This document shows, piece by piece, positions 51,999 to 64,000 of a stretch of 64,000 bases of DNA. Source of the stretch: Adineta vaga (taxonomy: Eukaryota > Animalia > Rotifera); NCBI GenBank assembly GCA_021613535.1, contig CP075494.1:6758001-6822000 (forward strand), in the 5' to 3' direction. The notes below the pieces were generated by a model. It was given only the letters and a program-made list of their open reading frames with translations, was not told the DNA's origin and made no database searches. The position numbers and the translations under genes were made by a program. Within the stretch, counting starts at the first letter, position 1; each line of letters starts with the position of its first letter.

Positions 51999-54614
51999 AT
52001 GAGTTCCGAACAAGCTGATATGGAAAATATCATTCCGAATAAAACGTCAATCTCATTGAATGAAGAACAAATTCTCGAATTAAACAATCGATTAAAAACA
52101 GAATTTATGGCAGATTGTTTTTCTTATATGCACATTGATGATGATGTCGATGCACGTCAACATATTCATTCTGTTTGGAATCGATATTTAGAATGTGTTG
52201 GAAACGCTGCAATGGTATTTATGAACACATCATTTTCCTTTTGAATAAAATCAATTCTTTGATTTTTAGTTAGCAGCTTTCTTCGATACACTTCCATATC
52301 ATATCAAAATATCTGTTCTACCAAAATATCAAAATGAAATCGTTCAATGGTGTGAACAACTCTTTCATATACATAGTCAAACAATACTTTACTCGACATA
52401 TTATTTGGAAGCATTTCAACGAATCATTCGTTATGCCTTAAAGAATGATCAATACAAAAAAGCGATTATTTATATTCCAATAGATTTTAACCGAGATTGG
52501 AAAATTGATCTAACGTCATCCATTTCGAATATTAGATTTGAACATATTCCAAATAAAAATTCATGTGATGATATGATTGATATACAAAAATTAGAAGAAT
52601 TGATTAAACGAGATGCTAAGGATGCTTTATCTTATCCGTGTATGGTCATTGCAAATGCAGGTTTGGTGTTTATTAAATTCGATAGAAAAATAGATATTTG
52701 TGTTTTTGTTTTAGGTTCAACATTGTTAGGCCGCTGTGATGATTTAAATAAGATTAAACAACTTTGCGAACAATATGATATATGGGTTCATGCTATTGGT
52801 GATCTATTAGGATCATTAACTTTATTATCATCAGTAGAAAATAATGTAAATATAAGTTGTGATAGTTTAACAATGGATTTAAAGAAATTATTTGGTATAC
52901 AAAATCTTCCTTGTGCGACATTTTTGCTTCGTTCAGTAAATGATACCAAGGAAAATGACGAGACAAATGAAACGCATAAATCTCATCCACTCGATCAATC
53001 TATCTTACAGAGTTCCTCGATTAGTTTTTTAAGTGTCTGGTCACTTAGTCAACGTTGTTCAAATGAAAAGATTCTTCATCATATGAAACAATCATTTGAA
53101 ATGGCATATTTCTTATTAACACGTTTGAAACAAATCAAACATATACGAATACTTAATGATGACCGTGAACAAGAAAACAATACATATCAACGCATTTGTT
53201 CTGGAAATGCCTCGGATGAAATCTTACCAACATCGGTCGTTATTTTTCGTTTCGAATATCATGATGAAGTAAGCATTTCGTTTTTCTAAAAGAAATAATA
53301 TTCAATCATTTATATATGACGAATGTCAATATAGCTCAATGAGTGTTTATCACGACTAAATATCGTTCCGGAGTACGGTGAAAATGACCTTGAAAAAGCG
53401 TATCGTTCTATTTTATGCCCGTGCGAGATTAGTAGTCTGAATATTGAAGGTTAATTTTCATTCATTCTTTGCTATTCCGAAACGACATCTTTTGTGTAAT
53501 AAACAATAGATTTACTCAATCAGAAGTATTTTTCACGAGTAAATATTATTTCCTATGGTCTATAGAAAGCTTCCTATTATCGACTCGAAAGAGAAAATAA
53601 TGAAGAAATATTCTGTTTACTTTTAGCGTGAAAAACCTGATAATCTTATTGATTATCTCGACCTCATAAATCTTTGGTTATTTGATAAACTTTCTCAACA
53701 ACATTCGAAAATCAATTTAGCATTTGTGCAAAATATTCATCTTCAAAGTTCAAATTCATCTAATCAAACTTCTTTAAATGCACTTAGTTTTGCTCCATTA
53801 GAACATCCAATTGATAATATCGATCAGAATGATATGCAAGCATTGCTTGATAATATTCAACAATTTTCTAATATTCTTCTTTCAACTGTAATTGCACGGA
53901 TTGATTTACCTACTAGTATTACAAAGTATGAAAATCTTGTGCCAATTGTAGTACCAAATTGGGCAGGTATTGGTGCTGTTCGATATATACCAAGTACAAT
54001 CGATCGATTGGATATCAATGAAACATCTGCTTATGAAATAAATCGAATTCAATCGGAATTAGCACGACAATTACAAACAAATGATTCTGCATTTTCATTA
54101 GGTGGCGGATCAGATGAACATGATTCGATGCTCTATTTACGTTTGGGTATGATTAGAAAACGCGACGATCTGGACATTTTATTACAGAAAATTTCTCATG
54201 CTGGTAAAGAAACAGAAACATCATTGAAATATATCGAGGATATGGCAGATAAAATCAAAATGGGCATCGAAAAAGCTCAAAAAGATTTAGAAAATGAAAA
54301 CTTACAACTACTTGCTCAAGATGGTCTTCTAAGACAATTACCATTAGTTTCAAGTAAGATTTTCTCTATTCAATGAACATCAATTATCATCTCTTCTTCT
54401 CGTAGATATTATGTCTTGGTGGAGTCCAGCACCATCCGCATCACCATTAGCAACAAAAGGTCGATCATTTGACTTAAATTCTGGTCAAGTTGAATCCACT
54501 GAAGATACATATCTATATCGAATGCAAATCAAAAAACAAACTCTTGCTGCACAAACACATGCTGATACTTCTACAACATCGAACAATTCGTCCGAACCAA
54601 CTACAAATCATTAA
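51999..54614 (+). CDS. PDXDC1: Pyridoxal-dependent decarboxylase domain-containing protein 1
   Basis: PCMVIANAGSTLLGRCD, LCEQYDIWVH, WAGIGAVRYIP, GLLRQLPLV, WWSP, KGRSFDLNSGQVESTE. Confidence 0.88.
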
Positions 54615-56895
54615 AATCTCTTTATCTTTTTTGTTTGTCATATTGCATATTCAATTTTAGAGAAAAAAAACCCTGAATGTTATCTTTTAATTTGATTGAA
54701 ATTCGGATTTTTAATATTTGAAAAAAAAAGACAAAGCAAATCAAATAATTGAATACGTTCATCTCTCGAAACGTTGAAGTCTTTTCATTAAAGATATTAT
54801 CAACAGGACATCATTTGAATATAGAATTACATTAGTTCGGAGATGCAAAATTATATCGGATAAGATTATTCTTGTTCTATTTACAAGAACGTATATATTC
54901 AACATCGGAATGTTATTAAAACCATCGGAAATAACTTGCATTTCAATGTCAATAGTCCGAGAAGTTATATGAAACAACTTAGTCACTGTTTTTCTTTTTT
55001 TTTTATCTATAATTTAAAATGATTGTCTTGTCTAACTGAAACTAACCAGACATGTCTTTCTATTCTGACAATTCGACGATTTCCGAACGATAAAAAAATT
55101 AGTTCGGAAAAGAAAAGAAATATGATCATCTTTATTGAAGGTCGTTGTTTCTTTTAAAAAATTTCTGCTCTATTAGAAAATAATTCAGCACGTTAATCAA
55201 CTAAAGTTATTTGTGATCTTCTCGACAAATTCTTTGAGTAGAAAGATAGTCGATTACATACTTCCTAACATTCATTCGAATGGAGATAATCATATGTTAA
55301 TCGTCCACTCATACTATGTTTGATGTTTCTAGTCCCCAAGGGATTTACTGGTAAATTACAACTCAACTGAATGATTAACATGGCAATGAGAAAAGAAAAT
55401 CTTTCTTGTAACTCTATAGTTTCATGATGGAATAATTGTCATTGAAAGAGAAGAAAATGAGTTGTCTTAAGTAATCTTTTTATCATTTCAATTGGAACAA
55501 TCAGAACTTTTTTTTTCTTCTTCATACTATCAATCTGTTGAAACGACTATTGATTTCCGTTTAGTTCAGTAGACATGAGCAAAGAAAAACGGAACAAACG
55601 ATTGACTTCGATCGTGAAGATATGATGCGGCAACAAAGAGAGAAAAGAAAATCGAGAGAGAAAAGCTTTTTCCTGTTCACACTTTGTCTGAGAAATGAAA
55701 TTATATTACATATATTCGATGGAACCATGTTGTAATTTCATTGATAATTTATATAACATTCTTTATTAGAATTATGATCAAAAATCGTTTGCATCTGTTG
55801 CATATTTTTCAGAATGATTTTTTTCGTTTTACATTTTCTGTCATATTCAACTTGTATTAGTGTCATCAAATTGTCGTTTTTCGTTTTGCTTGATATTATC
55901 AATATGATTAATTTTCTTTTTTTCAAAAGAAACAATACATCAATTTTTTTTTCGATCATTTATTATATTCCGCATAATGAAATCTGTTATGTTTCTATTC
56001 AATTTGCTTTCTTATCTGTTCTTCTTTTTGTTTAAAGGAGATATCTTATTCTTCTACTAATAGTAGTATTAATATTGCCTTTCGAGAAGAAAGAAATCGT
56101 ATTTTCTTTTTAAATATTATTTCAATAGGTTTTTTGTTTGTTATACGTTTGTGAATAGGAAAAATTTCCCTTGTGTGATTGATTACATGGAGATTAAGAG
56201 ACGAAATTAAATGGTGAATATAATCTCTCATGTATTCATTTATTGTTAAGATGATGAATAAGATAGTAGAAAAGAAATATTCAATGAATGTTTTGTGCGA
56301 ATAATTAATAATAAGTAGAAGAATATAAATTCATTGATGCGAGAACAAAAAAAAGAAAGACAAGTTATACTTTGATGACACTGAAGATGTATATATTTAG
56401 ATAAGAGAGACAGATCATCGCCATTCGCCTATTATCATTAACAGGGTTGATAGTAAAAGACGTCGAAGAAGAAAAGAGAAAGGAGAAGAAGGAAGAAGTT
56501 TATTTCTTTTTTACTATATGGATCGCAACACATATGAAGAGAAAAGCCAAGACGAGAATAAGGAGCGAAAGAGAAAACCGAGAGAATAGAAATGTGGAAA
56601 TGAACAAAAAAGATGAAAATAAAAAATAACAAATCTACCAACATAGTATATGTTATATCGTTGCGGCTCGTCTCTACTCTTTTTCTCTTTCCTCTGATCT
56701 CCCTTATTTTTCTCTCATTTTCCCTCTCTCTCCCTCTCTCTTCACATCTGTTTGCTTTACAACTCTTTACACGGTATACATAAACATAAATTCTTTCAAA
56801 TACTCATTAGATGGACAAATATTATCAATGACATGGATGAATGATCTATCTCCAGGCTGACGAACAGTCAGTCATTATCTTTGTCGTAATGTGCC

Positions 56896-59800
56896 ATGCG
56901 TTTCATACGGTTACTTCTTACTTTAATACTTTGGATTCACAATGAGCTCATCTGTTTAACATCACATGCTACAACAACAACGACCGAAATCATGACTGAT
57001 TTGGAAGACGGTCATCCGAATCATCAACTTTGGAAAAAAATGATTGATCCAGGACGTTCTTTATCATCCGATCGGTATGTTAAGGTTTTGATCTCATTTT
57101 TAGAGATTCTCATTAGCCTAAGGCATTCCAGCTTAGTTAAACTAATTGGAATAAAGTAAAAGAACACGGAGAAGCAAGTCTTACAAGAACGATAATTTCA
57201 TGGTGAAATGTACTAGAAACTTGTGACAAGTAACACATTCGAAAATCGAATGAAAGAATAATAGCAACACTTTTCTATTCTTATTTTAATATCATCAATC
57301 TTATTAATATCGAAACCTAACACGAGATCGACTTCTCTCTATCTAATTATATGGCAGACATACTGCATAGTATGACTTCGATTGCTTGCCAGAATAAGCT
57401 GAAGTGTTAGCTAGGATGTCAAACTAAAGTAATAATAATAATAATAATCGAAGAAAGTGAGAAAAAACCTTCCTTTGATAGGATTGTTGGCTGACGCATG
57501 CTATACATGCAATCAGGATATTCAACACCGTTGAACACACATACGCTATCTAGTCGTTTTCTTTTAAACTAATCCTTAATAAGAGAGTAAAAGATATTTG
57601 AACATGAAATCTAATAGCGTCAATCCATCCTTCCTCATTAGACAAACTAGCAATTAGATTTAACCAGTGAGCTTTATTCATTTAGTACACATGCAATTGT
57701 AACTGAATCACTATCATCATCATCATCATCATTATTTCTACTTTTTCTTCTTTTTTACAAGGAGAAAAAAAGTATCTAGCCACAAGACTTACAGCTCATT
57801 GCAATCATATTAGAATTTTGTTCAATGTGTGCATAAGAGCGTTATTAGTCTACACTGATCCCTTCTTCCTGTTCCCGTTTGTCTTTCTTTCACTGATGAT
57901 CTATCAACAAAAGAGACTTTTTTGTTTAAATCTTCTCATACTGTTTCTATTCATAATGCAATGAAATACATAAGATATTCGAAAATATCCTTGACATCAA
58001 TCTATTTCATCCTTTTAATATTGAATCAATTATAATTCTTCAACATGTCTATATACATATTCTTATGCTAATCAAAGTACTAAAAAAAATAAGAAAGAAA
58101 GGAAGAGAAATCTATATGAAATATGAAGTGCCAAGAGGGTATAAACAAAAAGCTTCAACATCCGGTTGATGATTACACGAGCATCGACAATAAATATAAA
58201 TTGGATTATTGAACAAAGTCTGAATATGTAATAGAAATTGCAGAGAATTTTATTCAGTTTTCAAAATGATTCTGTTTAATTAACTGTATTACGATCATTA
58301 TCAACAGTAACATGGAATTTTATAGAAACAAACATGATAGTAGAAATCGAAAATTGTGAAACTCATTATCTTTTTTTTTTCTAATCATCGTGAAAGCATA
58401 GGCGTATAAAATAGATTTGCCTTGAGGGAGTAGGAAAATCATATAGAAGATGTTGTTTATGAATCTCTCAATCTCTTCCATAGGCGATTATTACATTCAT
58501 TTATGTTCTCTCTCGTCGACGTCATCATTTTCCCATTTATTAAAGAGCCCAAACGTTGAGTCGAAAGTTTTCTGTTTTCTCTCTAGTTCATTTTTCTTGT
58601 TTAAACATAAGAAAAAATGAAGCAAGAGAAAATGCTGATCTCAATCTCTGTTAAGACGACAAAGAAAATGAACATTGTATGTAAGCGTCGAGAATGACGT
58701 GTTCGTTTATTATCGTTTCTTGCTTGTTTGTTAAACATTGAAGAATATGTGGATAGAAATTGATTTTGAGCTTGATACTCAAATATAATACTAAGAAGAA
58801 AGTTACAAAAGAGAAAGAAAACGAGAGAAAAACGATCTAAGAAGAAAGAAAAACTAAGGAAGAGAGCAAAAACAATGCTCTGGTCGACACGCACGTCTAA
58901 AAATCCTTTTTTTTTTGTATTAAGGATGTGATACTAAAAGAAAGAAACATGCTACGGTGACTGAGAATAGAGAAATGAAAGGGAGAGAGGGGGGGAGAGA
59001 AGAAGAAGGAGACAGAGGAAAGGAGGGTGGAAAGAGAGAAATATAGAAGAAATAATGTTGTTAGCTGTAGTGCTGCAACAGTAATGAATAGTTGTAGAAT
59101 GTCTTAACATAAGCTTGTGAGTGGCAATGTTAATCAGCAACAAGAATGATTCTTCGCAATATTCTATTTCTACTTGTCTTGATCACTTATCTATTATATG
59201 GTCCCGTAGACTGTCAAGAGTTATGGGCAAGCAAGAATAATGATGAAACAATGGAAAGGTGGGTTTAATGTTTTTTTATTTTTTATAATTTTTTCAACAA
59301 TAGTACTATGTGAAATTAATGTTAATGATAAGCTCGAGAGAATAGTACATAAAACGGAAATTTTGAGAAAGTCAAAAAGAAAAATTGTTTCAAGGAAAAA
59401 ATTATGTTTTAATGGATTCCGAGTGTATGTCAGAGTAACATTGGAAAAGCAGTTAATTAACCACTTTCCGAACGCTTTCAAATTTATCAATATGTATCTG
59501 ATGGGCGTTTTTTTCCGTCGAGATTGTATGTATATAGACGATTCATCGCTCGTGATCAAGAGAAAGTAACCCGATCCACATATAAAACAACACCTTGCCG
59601 GAGGGCTTTTCCTTACTATTGTCTATTTTTGCTTTATACTGTTTTTTTGTATATCAATATAATTAAGAAATAGTATGAAAGCAAAATGATTTGCCGAAAA
59701 GAAAAGATTAAATAACTTTATAGTTTTTGTCTACAGAGATAAAAACATTGATCATCTATTGATAAGTGGAACTATTAAACAGCAATGAAGAAGAAGAAGA

Positions 59801-62800
59801 AGAAAAAGCATTGTGGACACAGATAGAGTTAATATTAGTTGTTTGCATGAACATACTTCATAAATAATAAAAGAATTTATCGAAAGATTGACAAAGATGT
59901 GGGTGGTATTGAGATTTATTACTCTGATAGTTTTTATCAATGAGCAGATTAGTTAGTGTCAGGAGACAAAGCTGCTCATAGTCAACTTCCTCATGACTAT
60001 GTCAATTTTATTTGAAAAACGCCTGTTTAATTTTCTATAAAGTATTCTTTTTCTTCTGTCATGTCTACATTTAATTAACAAGACACTAGTCAATATTCGA
60101 TTAAAAAAGAACTTGGTTCGATAGGAAATGTATAAGTATGCGAAGCACCGAATGATGCCTGTTCATTGACCTTGAGTTGAATCGGAAATGTAGTGTATAA
60201 GATAGATTGATTGAGTAGAACAGAAATGTTTTATTCAAAGGAACTAGTAAGACATTTCTTTACATGTCAAATCGAGAGTTAATTTGTTGTTCAATTACTT
60301 TTTTTTTAATATTTCATCAAAAAAAGAGAACCCTAGACAAATCTTCTACTATTAGCATCCTCGTTCGACGACAAGTGTAAGACATCGTTTCTTCGTCGGC
60401 TGCTCCTTCTTTTCCGCTTCTCTCTCTCTCTCCTTTTTATTTCACCACTTGTCGGTTGTATGTGCCCATCATTACTCTTGGCACCAGCTTGCTTGGCGAT
60501 GCCCTAGTCATCGTCTTTTTTCTCGAAGATTCCATATTGATGTATCAGACAAGCAGTGAAAAAAAGCCTTAATGTTTCTCTGATAGAAATATGCATTTAT
60601 ATAAAACAAAACGTCAGAAACATCTAGAAAAATAGATTAAATTTCATATCCATACGTTTGTCAAACATTTATTTATACTTCTTCTATCGAAATGTCATCG
60701 GTATTAGCATTAACATATCAACAACATCAGTGACGAACCCAAAGGAGGGATTATGGGGATCGATCCCCCCCTCGCCAAGATTATATTACCTGGAGGAGAG
60801 TGGGGGGGGGGGGGTACAGGCTACTTTTTTGCGAGCGGAAAAAATCTCGTTTTCTCCATGACGGTCCTCCCTCCAAAAAAATTTCTGGTTGCGACACTGA
60901 ACAACATTGGACATCATCTATGTGTCAGACAAGACGACGTTTCTGTTGTTCTTTCATTATTGGTTAAGCATCGATACATTTGCCAGTTATTTACTTTATT
61001 TCTTCCCTTGATTGGGTTTATACATTGTTATTGTGATGTATATAGAATATTCCTTTACATACATAAGGACTTTTCGTACATGATACATATGTTTTCCTTT
61101 GGTTCTTGAGTTTCTCCTGTGCATACATATATATATATATAGGTACGTTTATATATACGTGATTGTATCTATACCTTGGTTCTCTCTTTCTCGTTCTCTA
61201 TCTTCATCTATTTCGGTTCATTCCTTATAAAGAACTCTCCATATATTTACTAAAATATATTCGTTCATTCTACGGAATCTGACGACGTGACAGTTATCAA
61301 AAAAAGATCCAACAGCAACTGTCTATCCTTTATTCTGAATTAAATCATGCATTTCTATATTAATGTGCACTGTTTAATAACACTTTTCACGCTTGTTTCT
61401 AGTACAAATTATTTACGGCATGATGCAACTATAAATACTGTCGAAGAATTTCTTGATACATTGATCAATTCAAGTCGATATGATAGACGTATTCGACCAT
61501 TCTTTGATCAACATAGTAAGTCGTTTTTTCCTTATTATGATCACAATTATTTATCTTTATCACTTATAGAAGCATGTAATGTGACAATGACGATTCATAT
61601 TAATACAATTTCAGCGATTAATGAAGTTAATATGGTAAGGTTGACATAATGACATTTGGATGTCAATGATTTTCTCGGTGAATTATTTCTAGGACTATAA
61701 TACAGATTTAATTTTTCGCCAATCATGGTATGATCCAAGGTTAAATTATACGGGAACAGATTGGGCAACAAAATCACCACAAATTACATTGCATTATTCA
61801 CTTATTGATCGTATTTGGGTACCAGATTCGTTCTTTAGGAATGCAAAAGAAGGTAAACGGAGTGATATAACCGTACCCAATCGATTAATTCGTATTCATC
61901 GTGATGGAAAAGTCCTCTACAGTCAAAGGTTTGTTCATATGTTTTGAATTTCTGTCTTAGATCCATTATTTTATAATTGTAGACTTTTACTTAAACTTGA
62001 TTGTCAAATGAAATTACAAAAATTCCCACTGGATAACCAAACATGTGTAGTTAATATTGGCAGTTGTATGTATCTGATATCGATGATATATATATAACCA
62101 CGAAAACATTCTTTGTTTATTTCCAGATGGTTTCGCTACAAATGATTTGGCATTCTTTTGGGATGAAGCTCAAAATGTCAGTGCTATCCGAGTTAATGAA
62201 GATCTTGAAATGCCTGATTTTGTCTTAAGTAATCACGAAGCAAGATACTGTAATCGAACAACAGCAACAGGTTTGATTCTATTTCATTGTTTGTAAATTC
62301 GATTTACAAAGAAAAAAACTTTCTTCATTTGAGTACACTTTTAATTATATGCTGCAATCTTATATACATATATATGTATTTTCTTTTGTAATAAGTTTTC
62401 TTTTCTCCTCGACTGACTCGTAGGAAAATTTGCTTGTATCGAAGTACATCTCGCTTTACAACGCAACATCAATTTATATTTACAACAGCTTTATTTACCA
62501 TCAACATTAATTGTTGCTCTATCATTTATCGCATTTTGGATCGACTATAAATCTCATCCTGCACGAACATTATTGAGTCTACTCAGCATTGTTACTGTAA
62601 CAACAAAGGCTGAAGGTACAAGAAAAACTTCTCTTTCTTATTGTTTTTTTATCTCTCTCTCTCTCTCATTCTCTTTACTCTAACCTTTATCTTGAGTAAA
62701 AAAAGCTCATACACACACGCGCGCGCGCATATTCTGCTTGCACTATCCGTTTGTTTGTTTGTTCGTTGGTTGATTGATTTTTTTTTCTTTTGAGAATCAC

Positions 62801-63867
62801 CACACGAAAGTTCCATGCACTTTTTAAAAAAATTTGACTAATATTTCATATGAGTTAGCAGCAAAGTATACACAAATGAAGAAAGTTTTTCAATTATATT
62901 CGTTTATTTATTTAAACGATCGATATTCTAGGCAGTTTTACATGCCTTCTTGTTGTTCTTCATTTGAAACGTTTATTTGGTTATTATCTTGGTGAGTTTA
63001 GTAAATATGAATTATTTTCTTTTTTTAATATTATATGAGAATGCATCTGAGAAAGTTAAATTTCTATAGTTCAAGTTTATATTCCATCAATGCTTATTGT
63101 GATTCTTTCTTTTGTTTCATTTTGGATCGATCATAAGTCGGTAAGGTCGCCACTAAAGTCGAATAGCACACTTGTATTTCTAATCACTATATTCAGGTTC
63201 CAGCTAGAATATCAGTCGGTCTTTTAACTGTACTTACAGTTACTACTCAAAGCTCAGGTAACTAAATTAATCATTAAAAAAAACCATACAAGTGAATACT
63301 CATCATAATAATAAATCATTTCCATCCATATACACTTATTCACACCATGCTCACTGCTTCCTTTCTTCTTCTGTTCATCGAATGCTTTATTGCTTATTTT
63401 CATAGGGTCTTAGTCAGGAAGACATTTTTCAACTTTTTTTTATAAATATTAAAACATCTTTCTGGCTAACGACCTTGCTTAATGCTTTCACCCTTATCCA
63501 AAACTAAAATGAATATCAATTCGATTCGATTCTAATAGAAGTTTTTTAATCGTTATTTAGGTATACGATCACAATTGCCGCGTGTATCATATATAAAAGC
63601 CATTGATGTTTGGATGTCAGCATGTCTTGTTTTTGTTTTTGCTGGTCTACTTGAATATGCACTTGTTAATGTTATTGCTCGAAAAGGCGAATTAAGACAA
63701 CAAGTTCGTTTTTCAAAAGAAGTAAGTTTAAATATATTTGTATTTTGTTATATTATTGTTATCTCTTTAATGAAGTCTCGTTATATGAATGATAATCTAT
63801 TAATATATATTCATCTGTCTATTTCGACAATATATTGTAGAAAAAAAATCCAGACAGACCACCCAAA
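56896..63867 (+). CDS. Cys-loop ligand-gated chloride channel subunit (GluCl/glycine-receptor-like), 3' end off window
   Basis: Signal-peptide exon 56896-57074 splices in phase 2 to 61403. [17 protein letters not shown], Cys-loop [15 protein letters not shown], loop C [13 protein letters not shown], PAR before M2, [14 protein letters not shown]...EYALVN. Confidence 0.95.
60728..60899. mobile_element. Non-autonomous hAT-type MITE in channel intron 1
   Basis: 172-bp GC-rich island. Imperfect TIRs CAGTGACGAACCCA / TGGTTGCGACACTG. Perfect 8-bp target-site duplication AACAACAT at 60720-60727 and 60900-60907. Confidence 0.88.
62424..62615 (+). other. Channel M1-M2 module A (single 192-nt exon, phase 1-1)
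   Basis: (G)[63 protein letters not shown](G), flanked by TAG and GT. Confidence 0.88.
62932..63257 (+). other. Channel M1-M2 module B (three exons 62932-62991, 63070-63140, 63197-63257; 192 nt in total, phase 1-1)
   Basis: (G)[63 protein letters not shown](G). Confidence 0.92.
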
Positions 63868-64000
63868 GTAACTCTGATACAAAAACTACAGAATGGCTCA
63901 TCTTTTGCTGCTGAGAGAGTAAATCAATTATATTTTTATTTTCATACGTAGTAGTTAATAGAATCTTTTCCCTAAAGCTTCTTCTTATATTTTTCTCACA

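Noticed and set aside
53316-53445. Possible C/D snoRNA in the long PDXDC1 intron
   Set aside because: Imperfect C box (ATGACGA), weak AT-only terminal stem and no guide target I can recognise.
54700-60000. Short ORFs of 60-112 aa in the ORF track (other than 56896)
   Set aside because: Low-complexity F/L/K/I-rich translations of AT-rich intergenic or intronic DNA, with no domains or splice support.
1-64000. CRISPR arrays, rRNA, canonical tRNA, autonomous transposase or reverse transcriptase
   Set aside because: None seen by eye. The sequence is eukaryotic with spliceosomal introns throughout.

Overview
AT-rich, gene-dense eukaryotic (animal) genomic DNA with many short (mostly 45-65 nt) GT-AG introns. 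Intron size, composition, foreign-looking genes and a Pro-rich family suggest a bdelloid rotifer (inference). About 23 protein-coding loci can be assembled by hand: ZMYND10 (partial), a dual-specificity phosphatase, an Mx/DRP4-like dynamin with an in-frame stop, a divergent GPCR, a plant/bacterial-type sterol reductase, an ankyrin protein, RPL6 (with a candidate intronic H/ACA snoRNA), a GRAF-type RhoGAP, an Mps1/TTK-like kinase, a TM-EGF protein, DNAJC22, CDC27, a bacterial-type CBM-esterase with introns, Raf, SKP1, a candidate securin, an orphan, FRRS1, a Pro-rich protein, a frameshifted RING gene, ABCD4, PDXDC1 and a Cys-loop chloride channel (partial). Two cases of apparent mutually exclusive domain swapping stand out. 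The chloride channel carries two interchangeable 192-nt modules for loop C end + M1 + M2 pore, one as a single exon and one as three exons. Raf carries two alternative C1 (CRD) exons. All family calls come from motif recognition and recalled family sequences; no database search was run.
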